Part shown: piece by piece, positions 10,404 through 20,425 of the stretch | Numbering within the stretch: the stretch's first letter is position 1 | Layout: the number at the start of each line of letters is the position of its first letter | NCBI GenBank assembly: GCA_030141605.1 | Contig: JAQGDQ010000040.1 | Location: 806,001 to 870,000, forward strand | Direction of reading: 5' to 3' | Source of the DNA: Tubiluchus corallicola | Lineage: Eukaryota; Animalia; Priapulida | DNA length: 64,000 nt | The notes under the pieces: generated by a model | Databases searched by the model: none | What the model was told of the DNA's origin: nothing | The model's input: the letters and a program-made list of their open reading frames with translations, nothing else | Program-made: the position numbers and the translations under genes

Positions 10404-12014
10404 CTATCCATTATATTCCTCAAAAAAGTCGTTCCCTTTGTCATCGGAGATGATAAAGGCAGGGAAGTTTTCAACTTTTATTTTACGGACAGCTTCCATT
10501 CCCAGCTCTTCAAAATCTACCAACTCTACTGATTTAATATTCTCTTCAGCCAATATAGCGGCAGGACCTCCTATGGATCCCAGATAGAAGCCTCCATGTT
10601 TTTTGCAGGCTTCACTTACTTGTTTTGACCGGTTGCCTTTAGCAATCATAATCAATGACCCTCCCATGCTTTGAAACATGTCAACGTACGGATCCATGCG
10701 TCCTGCTGTAGTAGGACCAAAGCTACCTGATGGCATACCTACCGGGGTTTTTGCCGGTCCTGCATAGTAAATGGGGTGATTTTTGAAATAGCCAGGTATC
10801 GGTTTGCCGGCATCTATCATCTCTTTTATACGTGCATGAGCCATATCCCTGGCTACCGTTAAGGTACCTTTAAGGTTAAGGCGGGTTTTTACTGGGTACT
10901 TAGAGAGCTCTTTCAGCACTTCCTTCATAGGTCTGTCCAGATCAATCTCTACCGGAGCTGATAGCTCAGGTGCTTTGGCTGGTAAAAACTTTTCGGGGTT
11001 CCTTTCCAACTGCTCTAGAAATATTCCTTCTTCAGATATTTTTGCTTTAATATTTCTGTCTGCACTACAGCTTACTCCTATTCCTACAGGGCACGATGCT
11101 GCATGTCGTGGTAATCTGATAACACGGACATCATGTACAAAGTACTTGCCTCCAAACTGTGCTCCTACACCATACTCATGGCACATAAACTCTATTTTTT
11201 TCTCCCACTCCATGTCCCGAAAGGCTCTTCCGCTTTCATTTCCACTGGTTGGTAAGTGGTCAAAGTATCCGGCTGATGCCTTTTTTACTGTAGCTAAAGT
11301 AGCTTCGGCAGATGTTCCTCCAATTACTACAGCAAGGTGGTAGGGGGGGCATGCCGATGTGCCAAGGTCTTTAATTTTTTCTTTGATAAACTTTGTCAGA
11401 GACTCTTCATTGAGCAGTGATTTTGTTTGCTGGTAAAGGTATGTTTTGTTACCGGACCCTCCACCTTTGGTAATAAACAGAAATTCGTACGTGTTCCCTT
11501 TTTCTGAATATATATCAACTTGAGCCGGAAGATTCGAGCCGGAGTTTTTTTCCTTAAACATCGAAAATGGGACTACCTGTGAATACCTGAGGTTTTTGTT
11601 TTTAAATGTTTCAAAAATACCCTGTGAAAGGTGCTTAGCATCATCAACTCCCGTCCAAACTTTCTCTCCTTTTTTCCCTAATACGATGGCAGTGCCTGTA
11701 TCCTGGCAGGTTGGGAGTTCTCCTTTAGCAGCTGTTACAGAGTTTCTTAGCATTACATAAGCAACAAAGCGGTCATTATCTGTTGCTTCCGGGTCACTAA
11801 GGATATCTGAAAGTTTCTTCATGTGTGAGTTTCTCAGATAAAAAGAGACATCTGCAATTGCCTCTTTGGCTAAAAGCTCAAGTCCTTTAGGATCGATTTT
11901 TAACACCTTTTCTCCATCAATCTCTATGGCCTTTACGTAATCTTTAGTAATAAGGCGATATTCAGTTGTATCTTTCTGAATTTGAAAATGTTTCTCGTAA
12001 ATAAAGTTGGGCAT
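10404..12014 (-). CDS. Class I (Fe-S) fumarate hydratase
   Basis: [25 protein letters not shown]. Confidence 0.95.
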   Translation of the reverse strand: MPNFIYEKHFQIQKDTTEYRLITKDYVKAIEIDGEKVLKIDPKGLELLAKEAIADVSFYLRNSHMKKLSDILSDPEATDNDRFVAYVMLRNSVTAAKGELPTCQDTGTAIVLGKKGEKVWTGVDDAKHLSQGIFETFKNKNLRYSQVVPFSMFKEKNSGSNLPAQVDIYSEKGNTYEFLFITKGGGSGNKTYLYQQTKSLLNEESLTKFIKEKIKDLGTSACPPYHLAVVIGGTSAEATLATVKKASAGYFDHLPTSGNESGRAFRDMEWEKKIEFMCHEYGVGAQFGGKYFVHDVRVIRLPRHAASCPVGIGVSCSADRNIKAKISEEGIFLEQLERNPEKFLPAKAPELSAPVEIDLDRPMKEVLKELSKYPVKTRLNLKGTLTVARDMAHARIKEMIDAGKPIPGYFKNHPIYYAGPAKTPVGMPSGSFGPTTAGRMDPYVDMFQSMGGSLIMIAKGNRSKQVSEACKKHGGFYLGSIGGPAAILAEENIKSVELVDFEELGMEAVRKIKVENFPAFIISDDKGNDFFEEYNG

Positions 12015-12123
12015 GACTGTGTATTATTTTTATTAACTTATGATACGTTTTAACGATCTTCATGTGAGGTAGCATTGCTCCAGAAACTGCGAGTATTTAA
12101 GCTTAGGCCAGAGACATTGCTTT

Positions 12124-12266
12124 AAAGCCTTTTCAAAACTCATTTTTTATTAGCTACCCTTGTCAAGATCTTCTTCAGTATCCTCATTTAAATTTTTTCT
12201 ATGTGTTTATACTCTTTTTTGAGTTCAAACTTGGGCTTTCTAAACCTGAGCCTGATTGGCAAGGCT
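12124..12266 (+). repeat. Palindromic intergenic repeat, degenerate copy 3
   Basis: AAGCCTTTTCAAAACTCATTTTTTATT start; AACCTGAGCC...GCAAGGCT end. Confidence 0.4.
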
Positions 12267-12284
12267 AAACTAATTATAAAAGAT

Positions 12285-12423
12285 GAGACCTTTGCAAAAC
12301 TTATCTTTCTTACTAGTATTTTTGTCAAAAATCTTTTTCAAAACCCTTATTCCTCTCGATAAACAGCGGTTTTTATCATTTTTTTTCAATTTGAACTAAA
12401 GCTGTTCACCTTGTAAAGGCCTC
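12285..12423 (+). repeat. Palindromic intergenic repeat, copy 4
   Basis: GAGACCTTTGCAAAAC...TTGTAAAGGCCTC terminal inverted repeats. Confidence 0.7.
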
Positions 12424-12456
12424 AAAGTATAATTAAATAATGTTTTACTCAAAGAT

Positions 12457-13551
12457 TTAAATTTCATTACCTCCATATTTCATCAAAAATGTTTTGATAA
12501 AGCCATCCAGTTCGCCATCTAGCACTGCTTGCACATTGGATGTTTCGTATCCAGTGCGCAAGTCTTTCACCATTTTATAAGGCTGCATAACGTATGACCG
12601 TATTTGTGAGCCCCATTCTATTTTTTTCTTTGCAGCCTCCAGCTCTGTCTCTTTCTCCCGTTTTTTTCTAAGCTCTGCTTCGTAAAGCTGAGACTTCAAC
12701 AGGCGCATTGCATTCTCTTTGTTTTGCAGTTGTGAACGTGATTCGGTGTTATCTACCACTATACCACTGGGGGCATGATGCAGGCGTACTCCTGTTTCTA
12801 CCTTATTTACATTTTGCCCTCCGGCTCCGCCTGAACGGAAAGTGTCCCATGTGACGTCTGCGGGGTTTATCTCTATTTCTATAGTGTCGTCAATCAGGGG
12901 AGCAACAAAAACCGAGGAGAAGGATGTCTGTCTTTTGTTTTGTACATTAAAAGGGGATAGCCTTACCAAGCGATGTACACCGTTTTCGCTTTTTAGATAT
13001 CCGTATGCAAACTCTCCTTCAACTTCTAGAGTTACATTTTTTATACCAACATCTTCTCCCGGTACAAGGCAGGATTCATGAACTTTATACCCCTGTTTAC
13101 CTATCCACCGCAGGTACATTCGCATTAGCATCTCTGCCCAGTCATTTGATTCGGTGCCGCCTGCTCCTGCATTAATTTTCAATACGGCTCCCAGCTTATC
13201 CTCTTCGCGGCGCAACATATTTTTTGTTTCTAGTGCTTCAACAAGTTTTACAGCCTTATTGTACTGCTCTTCCAGTTCACTTTCCTGAGCCTCTCCCGTT
13301 TCATAAAACTCAAAAAGCACCAGAAGCTCCTCTACAGCTGTAGAGACTTCTCCAAAGGAGCTGGTCCACTGTCTTATCCCCCGGATAGACTTCATCTGTT
13401 TTTCTGCCTCCTTAGGAGTATCCCAAAAGTTTGGATCTTGAGTCTTTAGCTCCTCCTCTTCAAGTTGAATAAGCTTTTTATCTATATCAAGAAATCTTTT
13501 AAGCGCTTCACTGCGTTCTGATATACCTTTGATTTGTTCTTTAGATATCAT
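12457..13551 (-). CDS. prfB: Peptide chain release factor 2, single uninterrupted frame
   Basis: SPF and GGQ motifs, WGSQIRSY. Confidence 0.95.
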   Translation of the reverse strand: MISKEQIKGISERSEALKRFLDIDKKLIQLEEEELKTQDPNFWDTPKEAEKQMKSIRGIRQWTSSFGEVSTAVEELLVLFEFYETGEAQESELEEQYNKAVKLVEALETKNMLRREEDKLGAVLKINAGAGGTESNDWAEMLMRMYLRWIGKQGYKVHESCLVPGEDVGIKNVTLEVEGEFAYGYLKSENGVHRLVRLSPFNVQNKRQTSFSSVFVAPLIDDTIEIEINPADVTWDTFRSGGAGGQNVNKVETGVRLHHAPSGIVVDNTESRSQLQNKENAMRLLKSQLYEAELRKKREKETELEAAKKKIEWGSQIRSYVMQPYKMVKDLRTGYETSNVQAVLDGELDGFIKTFLMKYGGNEI

Positions 13552-13603
13552 TTACAAGTGTATTTGTTTTAGCATCTCTTTCCATTTTGATTAGTGTAAA
13601 AAT

Positions 13604-13730
13604 GAAACCTTTATAGGACTCATTTTTTTATTAATGTTTTTTTCAAAACCTTCATTTATGTCAGTAAGCTTCGATTTATTATTGAATTTTTTCTCAACCT
13701 GAGCCAAAATCTTAGCCCTGCGAGGGTCTC
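13604..13730 (+). repeat. Palindromic intergenic repeat, copy 5
   Basis: GAAACCTTTATAG...CTGCGAGGGTCTC; core CATTTATGTCAGTAAGC and CTCAACCTGA shared with copy 6. Confidence 0.7.
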
Positions 13731-13786
13731 AAAGCATGAGAAATGTCTTTTGTCGTCACAGCTGAAAAAGGCTGGAATAGTAAAAC

Positions 13787-14263
13787 TTAATCATCCATAT
13801 TTAAAATTTCGTTAGATATGCGATACACTAGGTCGGGCTCAAATCCCCTGTTTTGTGCAAACCTTGCAAGTTTAGCTTTTTTCTCGTAAAGAGTTGTCGC
13901 TTTTATGCTTTTTGCTTTATTAGTTAATAGTTTTTTGAGTGTGCTTACGTACGCTTTGTCGGACACTTCAGGTAAAGCTTTTTCAATAATATTTTCAGGA
14001 ATATTTTTTTTGCGCAGAGCATAAGATATTTTGATTCTCCCCCAGCAGTTAAGCCTAAGCTTGTCTTTTGCAAAGTAGGAGGAGTATCTTTCATTATCAA
14101 TAAATTTTTCTCTTATCAAAAACTTTACTCCCTTTTTTACGTCATTAGGGGATAACCCCCATTCTGTAAGCTTTTTTTCAATATCAGACTGGCATTTTTC
14201 GTATTTGCTACACAGGTTAGCAACTCTTCTTAATGTTTCTTCATACCCTTTTTGCTTCGACAT
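13787..14263 (-). CDS. recX: Regulatory protein RecX
   Basis: FIDNERY, WGRIKI..L..K, RGF motifs; start placed at MSKQ. Confidence 0.88.
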   Translation of the reverse strand: MSKQKGYEETLRRVANLCSKYEKCQSDIEKKLTEWGLSPNDVKKGVKFLIREKFIDNERYSSYFAKDKLRLNCWGRIKISYALRKKNIPENIIEKALPEVSDKAYVSTLKKLLTNKAKSIKATTLYEKKAKLARFAQNRGFEPDLVYRISNEILNMDD

Positions 14264-14317
14264 GGTGTAAAGATAAGATGGTTTTAAGAAAAGACTTTTA
14301 TGTCTCCTATTCATATG

Positions 14318-15166
14318 TCAGTTGCTATCCAGTGAGGCACGTATTATCCTATCTTTTCCGTTTATATCTTTTTTCAACGTGACTCTGCTGAAACCGCATT
14401 CCTGTAGAAGTTGTATAGTTTCACTTCCCAGTGTTTCATTTATTTCCAGGTAGAGTTTCCCCTCTGTCGCAAGATGCTGTTTCGCAAAAGAGGCTATTTT
14501 ATGATAAAAAATAAGAGGATTATTATCCGGGACAAATAGTGCTATATGCGGTTCGTATTCAAGGATACGCCTTTCCATGCTTTTTTTCTCTTTATTTGTT
14601 ACGTATGGAGGATTACTTACTATTATATTGAACTTTCTGTTGGGCGTACTTTTCCACTTTGCAATATCGAATAGTTTGAAATGGATACTCTTGTTATGCA
14701 ATTGCGCATTTTCCTCAGCAACGGCTAACGCTTCAGGGGAGATGTCCCATCCGTGTATATTTGCACCCGGTATGTTGGCAGATAGTGCTATGGAAATACA
14801 CCCACTTCCTACACCAATATCAAGGATGTGGGGATGTTTGGCGCTATTGTCGGAGATAATCCACTCCACAAGTTCCTCTGTTTCCTGGCGGGGAATAAGT
14901 GTTGATGGGTTAACTTTTATTACTAGCCCGTAGAACTCTGTTTCACCAAGCACGTACTGTATGGGCTCATGGTTACATAGCCTGCCTAATATGTGTTTAA
15001 TTTCTGTTAATTTGGCCTCTTCTGGTTGTTCATTTTTTTTTAGGTAGACTTGTGTTTTGGATAGATGTAGTATATGTTTAAAGATTAGAAAACTTATACT
15101 TCTTATCTCCTCCTTGGAATATATTCCGTCAAGTGAAGATTTTATATATTCGAAAATTTTCTGCAT
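14318..15166 (-). CDS. prmC: Release factor glutamine methyltransferase
   Basis: EPIQYVLG, LIPRQETEELV, DIGVGSGCI, SNPPY. Confidence 0.95.
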   Translation of the reverse strand: MQKIFEYIKSSLDGIYSKEEIRSISFLIFKHILHLSKTQVYLKKNEQPEEAKLTEIKHILGRLCNHEPIQYVLGETEFYGLVIKVNPSTLIPRQETEELVEWIISDNSAKHPHILDIGVGSGCISIALSANIPGANIHGWDISPEALAVAEENAQLHNKSIHFKLFDIAKWKSTPNRKFNIIVSNPPYVTNKEKKSMERRILEYEPHIALFVPDNNPLIFYHKIASFAKQHLATEGKLYLEINETLGSETIQLLQECGFSRVTLKKDINGKDRIIRASLDSN

Positions 15167-15195
15167 ATTATTTGCAAAGATATACAGATTACGTA

Positions 15196-16257
15196 ATGAA
15201 CAGACTTTTACAGGCGGATGAGAAGTATATGGAGCGTGCGATAGAGCTTGCCCGTATGGGTATGGGGAGGGTTGCACCCAATCCTATGGTTGGGTGTGTT
15301 ATTGTGCTGAATGACAAGATAATAGGTGAGGGATATCATAGAAAATACGGAGAGGCACATGCAGAGGTGAATGCTGTAAACTCAGTAAAAGAGGGGAGTC
15401 TACTGAAAATGTCAACGCTGTATGTAAACCTTGAGCCGTGCTCTCATCATGGAAAAACACCCCCCTGCACAGATATGATTATACGTGAAAATATTAAGCA
15501 TATTGTGGTAGGGGCTGTCGACCCTTTTAACGGGACTTCTGGGGCGGGCATTGCAAGGTTGAAAGAGGTGGGATGTACTGTTGAGTATGGTGTTTTAAAT
15601 AAAGAGTGTGTGGATCTAAACAGACGCTTTTTTACTTTCCACAACAGAAAGAGGCCTTATGTGATATTGAAGTGGGCACAGACGGCTGATGGCTTTATTG
15701 ATATAGAGAGAGGGCTTAATGAGTGTGGGCAGCCAACGTGGATTACTAACAGGTTTTCACGTATAGCGGTACATAAAATGCGAGTGGACGAGTCTGCTAT
15801 TTTGGTTGGAACAAATACTGTATTTAAAGACAATCCATCTTTGACAGCTCGTGAATGGTACGGCAATTCACCTTTACGTGTGGTTATAGACAGAAGCATG
15901 AGGCTTCATCGTGATTTGGCAATTTTTGATGGTAGCACAAAGACTATTGTTTTCACATCCCGTGAGGAAGAGGATGATCCTCAAAGACAGCTTGAGTATG
16001 TAAAAACAGATTTCGATGGCGGAGAGACTGCACATATATTGAGTGAATTGTATAAAAGAGATATACAGTCACTGATTGTTGAGGGAGGCAGGGCCATGAT
16101 AGAGAGTTTTGTAAAAAATGGATTGTGGGATGAGGCGCGGATATTTACCAGTAATAAGGTGTTTGGCAAGGGGGTAGCTGCACCAACTATTCACGGACAT
16201 ATCAAGAGTAGTAGTAGTTATAACGATTGTAAGGCGATAGTGCTTGAAAATCTCTAA
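15196..16257 (+). CDS. ribD: Riboflavin biosynthesis deaminase/reductase
   Basis: PNPMVG, HAE, LEPCSHHGKTPPC, VEGG. Confidence 0.95.
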   Translation: MNRLLQADEKYMERAIELARMGMGRVAPNPMVGCVIVLNDKIIGEGYHRKYGEAHAEVNAVNSVKEGSLLKMSTLYVNLEPCSHHGKTPPCTDMIIRENIKHIVVGAVDPFNGTSGAGIARLKEVGCTVEYGVLNKECVDLNRRFFTFHNRKRPYVILKWAQTADGFIDIERGLNECGQPTWITNRFSRIAVHKMRVDESAILVGTNTVFKDNPSLTAREWYGNSPLRVVIDRSMRLHRDLAIFDGSTKTIVFTSREEEDDPQRQLEYVKTDFDGGETAHILSELYKRDIQSLIVEGGRAMIESFVKNGLWDEARIFTSNKVFGKGVAAPTIHGHIKSSSSYNDCKAIVLENL

Positions 16258-17195
16258 AAAGGCAGATTCTCAAAGTCAAGGTTCCCTCCAGAAAGAATTA
16301 TTCCTATTTTTTCCCCTGCAAATCGTTGCCTGTTTTCAATAATTGCTGCAAGAGGCACCGCAGATGATGGTTCAATAATGATTTTCATTCTCTCCCAAAT
16401 CAGTCTCATTGCGTTCACAATAGATGCCTCTTCTACTGTGATTATATCATCAACCTTATCTTTTATAACTTGAAAATTAAGGTCTCCCAGTGATGTTAGC
16501 AGCCCGTCTGCAACTGTTACAGGGTTGTTTGAGGGTATTATTTTTCCTGCCCTGAACGATCGGTATGCATCATCTGCACCTGCAGGCTCAGCAGCCACTA
16601 TTTTACACTCAGGATGTATTGCCTTTGAGGTGATGGCTGTGCCTGCAAGTAATCCTCCCCCTCCAACAGGACACATTATTATGTTGGGAATAACCTCATT
16701 TAAGAGCTCTCTAGCAGCAGTGCCCTGCCCCGATATTACTTTAAAACTGTTATATGGATGTATCTCTACAGCGCCGGTTTTTTGAACAACTTTTTTCAAT
16801 GTAGACTCTCGTGCTTTAAGCGTCGGTTTACAAAATGTTATCTCTGCTCCGTAGCCTTCTACTGCCATCTTTTTTATTTTGGGAGCATTTTCGGGCATAA
16901 TAATGAACGCTTTTACTCCTTTGTGTCTTGCTGCCAGAGCCAATGCCGCAGCGTGGTTTCCAGAGGAGTGAGTAGCTACCCCGTTTCTTAAGCTGTCGTC
17001 TGAAAGGGAGAATACAGCATTACAGGCACCTCTAAACTTGAACGCTCCTGTTTTCTGAAAGTTCTCACACTTAAAGGTTAATTCGGCTCCGACAATCCTG
17101 TTTATACTGTCGCATGACATAATAGGAGTGTAGTGTGTGCTCTTTTTTATAAGGCTGTGTGCCTCTTTGATATCTTCAAAACAGGGCTGTTTCAT
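16254..17195 (-). CDS. PLP-dependent serine/threonine dehydratase (serine racemase-like)
   Basis: KCENFQKTGAFKFRGA, SSGNHA, GGGGL, EPSSA, SGGN. Confidence 0.9.
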   Translation of the reverse strand: MKQPCFEDIKEAHSLIKKSTHYTPIMSCDSINRIVGAELTFKCENFQKTGAFKFRGACNAVFSLSDDSLRNGVATHSSGNHAAALALAARHKGVKAFIIMPENAPKIKKMAVEGYGAEITFCKPTLKARESTLKKVVQKTGAVEIHPYNSFKVISGQGTAARELLNEVIPNIIMCPVGGGGLLAGTAITSKAIHPECKIVAAEPAGADDAYRSFRAGKIIPSNNPVTVADGLLTSLGDLNFQVIKDKVDDIITVEEASIVNAMRLIWERMKIIIEPSSAVPLAAIIENRQRFAGEKIGIILSGGNLDFENLPF

Positions 17196-17233
17196 CAGCT
17201 ATATTCTTGTAATAAGTGCCTTCTGTTTCTTAT

Positions 17234-17302
17234 AAAAAAACTCCTGGCAGTTAATTTGTGCACGATGAGGCGTTGAGTAATTAACACCCGAGCATGTCGG
17301 TT
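17234..17302 (-). ncRNA. Candidate structured leader or small RNA with pseudoknot
   Basis: CCGA/TCGG hairpin, GTTAATT/AATTAAC stem, loop ACTC complementary to downstream GAGT, then a U tract. Confidence 0.4.
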
Positions 17303-17324
17303 AGGTAAAAGTAGTAAAATGCTT

Positions 17325-17332
17325 TAACTTTG
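17325..17332 (+). promoter_or_regulatory. Bacteroidota -7 promoter element for aroB
   Basis: TAACTTTG matches TAnnTTTG, 24 bp before the ATG. Confidence 0.65.
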
Positions 17333-17356
17333 CCCGGAAAACATTATTAATAATAG

Positions 17357-18424
17357 ATGAATGTATCTTCTAAACTCAACACATCTGTCAGAATAACAGC
17401 CTGCATTGAATCTGATTTGAGCAAAATAATTTCTCAGTATCGTAGCAATAAAATTTTTATTGTTACAGAGAAGAATGTGGATGAACAGTGTCTTCCTATT
17501 TTAAATGCTATTCCAGAATTTAAAAACATAAAGAAACTAGTAATCTCATTGGGTGAGGAGAATAAAAGCCTCTCTTCTGTAGAAAAGATATGGCTGTTTT
17601 TGAGCCGTAGCGGAGCGGATAGAAAATCACTAATAGTGAATGTAGGTGGAGGAGCGCTTACCGATATTGGGAGCTTTGCTGCTTCCACATTTAAGAGGGG
17701 GACTGATTTTGTTAATGTTCCTACAACGCTTCTCGCTCAGGTTGATGCTTCTATAGGAGGAAAAACAGGGTTTAACTTCAATGGGCTTAAAAATGAGATA
17801 GGGGTGATTAATCAGCCAAGACAGGTGCTGATAGATACCCGGTTTCTGAAGACTATCAGTAAAGATGAGTTTGTGTCGGGGTATGCAGAGATGGTAAAGC
17901 ATGGGTTGATTTACTCAGAGGAGCATCTTGAAGAGCTGGTAGGGTTTGGTCTGGATAGTCCAGACTGGAAGATATTGCTGAAGATAATATCGCACTCAAT
18001 TGACATAAAAGAGCATTTTGTCTCCAGGGACCCTAATGAGAATAATATAAGGAAAGCTCTTAACTTTGGACATACTATTGGCCACGCTTTCGAAAGTTAC
18101 GCGTTGAAGCAGAAATGCCATATTTTACACGGGTTTGCAGTGGCATACGGAATGATTGCAGAGCTGTATATATCTCATAAAATGTGTGATTTCCCCCTTG
18201 TAGAACTCAACAGGTTGTCGAACTGGCTTATCTCCATATATGGGAGGTTTGAGATTCAACCCTCTGATTATGACTGCTTGTTCCAACTAATGTTGCATGA
18301 TAAGAAAAATGAGGGTGAACGAATAAATTTCACATTAATTTCCCGAGTGGGGGAGGTGAAAATTAACCAGGCCTGTAGTAAAGAAATAATATTTAATTCG
18401 CTTGAGTATTACAGAACTCTGTAG
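17357..18424 (+). CDS. aroB: 3-dehydroquinate synthase
   Basis: GGG..D, PTTLLAQVDASIGGKTG, LNFGHTIGHA. Confidence 0.95.
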   Translation: MNVSSKLNTSVRITACIESDLSKIISQYRSNKIFIVTEKNVDEQCLPILNAIPEFKNIKKLVISLGEENKSLSSVEKIWLFLSRSGADRKSLIVNVGGGALTDIGSFAASTFKRGTDFVNVPTTLLAQVDASIGGKTGFNFNGLKNEIGVINQPRQVLIDTRFLKTISKDEFVSGYAEMVKHGLIYSEEHLEELVGFGLDSPDWKILLKIISHSIDIKEHFVSRDPNENNIRKALNFGHTIGHAFESYALKQKCHILHGFAVAYGMIAELYISHKMCDFPLVELNRLSNWLISIYGRFEIQPSDYDCLFQLMLHDKKNEGERINFTLISRVGEVKINQACSKEIIFNSLEYYRTL

Positions 18425-18464
18425 AATAATAGCTGTGAAACATAAACGCCTCTATAAAATTTGA

Positions 18465-19691
18465 ATGGTACTTACAGTAACTAAGCCGGATAAGGATCTA
18501 TCAGGTGAAATACCTCTTCCTGCATCAAAGAGTATCAGCAACAGGGTGCTTATAATAAATGCGCTGAGCTGCTCCTCTTACAGGGTACAGAACTTATCTT
18601 ATAGTGATGACACTAGAGTGATGGAGAGGGTACTTAACTCTGATGCAAATTCTTTTGATATTGGCCATGCTGGCACAGCTATGCGATTTTTAACAGCGTT
18701 TTTGTCAAAGATAGTTGGGAGGTGGGAGCTTACGGGCTCTGAAAGAATGAAGCAGCGTCCCATAGGTATACTTGTTGACGCATTAAACAAGCTGGGGGCA
18801 AGAATAGAGTACTCAGAGAAAAGGGGATTCCCACCCCTGAGAATTTTTGGTTCCAGCTTGCAGGGAGGCGTAATAGAGCTTGATGGAAGTGAGAGTAGTC
18901 AATATATATCGGCACTTCTGATGATTGCCCCCACCATAAAGGGAGGACTGGTATTGCGTCTGAAGAATAGGGTAACATCACGTCCATACATAAACCTCAC
19001 CCTTGGCCTGATGGAAATATTTGGGGTGTGTCACGTATGGAGAGAGAATGAGATAACTGTGGAAGAGCAGGAGTATACTCCTGTAGAGTTTAGGGTTGAT
19101 TCAGACTGGTCGGGAGCTTCGTACTGGTATCAGATGGCAGCATTATCGGAAAAGTGTAATATTCTTTTGAGAGAGCTTCGGTTGGATAGCTTACAGGGTG
19201 ACTCTATTCAGGCTGAGTGGTTTAATAAATATTTTGGTGTTAAGTCAGAGCAAGAAAGCAATGGTGTAAGAGTAATAAAAACCTCCTCCACACAAACAGA
19301 GAAGTTGTCAATTGACTTTATTGAGAATCCTGATCTTGCACAAACTTTTGCTGTCCTTTGTGTGTGCAGGAAAATGCCATTTCATTTTACGGGCCTACAT
19401 ACTCTTAAAATAAAAGAGACCGACCGTATTTTAGCGTTACAAAATGAGCTGAGCAAGTTTGGTGCTACGCTCGTTGAGCCTACTAATGGCGAATTGGCAT
19501 GGGATGGAAGTGTTAATATAGTTGGGAAGTCTCCGTTGATAGAGACTTATCACGATCATCGAATGGCTCTCGCTTTTTCTTCCGCAGCTATCTCCGTGCC
19601 AGAGGTGCGTATTGTTGACCCAGATGTAGTAACGAAGTCATACCCCGGATTCTACGAAGGACTTAGAAGTGCCGGTTTTAAAGTGGAGTGA
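18465..19691 (+). CDS. aroA: EPSP synthase
   Basis: SKSISNR, AGTAMRF, SSQYIS, KETDR, DHRMA, KSYP. Confidence 0.95.
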   Translation: MVLTVTKPDKDLSGEIPLPASKSISNRVLIINALSCSSYRVQNLSYSDDTRVMERVLNSDANSFDIGHAGTAMRFLTAFLSKIVGRWELTGSERMKQRPIGILVDALNKLGARIEYSEKRGFPPLRIFGSSLQGGVIELDGSESSQYISALLMIAPTIKGGLVLRLKNRVTSRPYINLTLGLMEIFGVCHVWRENEITVEEQEYTPVEFRVDSDWSGASYWYQMAALSEKCNILLRELRLDSLQGDSIQAEWFNKYFGVKSEQESNGVRVIKTSSTQTEKLSIDFIENPDLAQTFAVLCVCRKMPFHFTGLHTLKIKETDRILALQNELSKFGATLVEPTNGELAWDGSVNIVGKSPLIETYHDHRMALAFSSAAISVPEVRIVDPDVVTKSYPGFYEGLRSAGFKVE

Positions 19692-19744
19692 GGAGTTTAT
19701 TATAAATCATTACTTTTGTCGTTTATTAATAAATACAGTTAGAA

Positions 19745-20377
19745 GTGAATAAGAAACTTGATGTTCACCCTGATGCAAAGGGGTTGATATTTGATATAGA
19801 TGGAACAATATGTGATTCTATGCCTGTGCATTATATTGCATGGCGAAGCACTGCGCTGGAGTATGGGATAGATTTTACCATTGAGCTATTTCAGACGCTG
19901 GCCGGGATTCCTGTTATCCCTACTTGTGAAATACTGAAAAGGAAATTTCGTAAGGAGTTTGATCCTGTAGAGTTTGCAGAGAGGAAAGAGGCTGAGTATG
20001 AGAAAAATATTGAAAAAGGGAAACCGGTAGAGCCTGTTGTTGATTTAATTAGAGAGTACTCCGGTAAACTACCTATGGCTTGTGGTACGGGAAGCTGTCG
20101 TCATCTGTCGAGAAAGGCATTAGAGATATCTGGTGTGTCCGATTACTTTGAACACATTGTTACGGCTGAGGATGTGCAGAATTACAAGCCTCATCCTGAG
20201 ACATTCCTGCGGGCAGCGGAGCTAATAAAAGTGGAGCCTGGGCAGTGCCAGGTTTTTGAAGATGGGATACCCGGAATAGAGGCTGCCAAAAGGGCGGGAA
20301 TGATAGTAACAGATGTTACGGAGTACTATACGGTAACAATTGGAGAAGAGTTACGTGAGAGAGACTCAGTTAAGTAG
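19745..20377 (+). CDS. HAD-superfamily phosphatase (YqaB/beta-PGM-like)
   Basis: FDIDGT, KPHPE, FEDG motifs. Confidence 0.9.
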   Translation: MNKKLDVHPDAKGLIFDIDGTICDSMPVHYIAWRSTALEYGIDFTIELFQTLAGIPVIPTCEILKRKFRKEFDPVEFAERKEAEYEKNIEKGKPVEPVVDLIREYSGKLPMACGTGSCRHLSRKALEISGVSDYFEHIVTAEDVQNYKPHPETFLRAAELIKVEPGQCQVFEDGIPGIEAAKRAGMIVTDVTEYYTVTIGEELRERDSVK

Positions 20378-20425
20378 TTAATGCTGCATATATGGCAGTG
20401 CAAGCAAAGGTAAAGTGGTGGTGCA

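Noticed and set aside
14318-16257. Apparent 145-bp overlap of prmC and ribD in the ORF track
   Set aside because: Over-extended starts; the likely ATGs at 15166 and 15196 do not overlap
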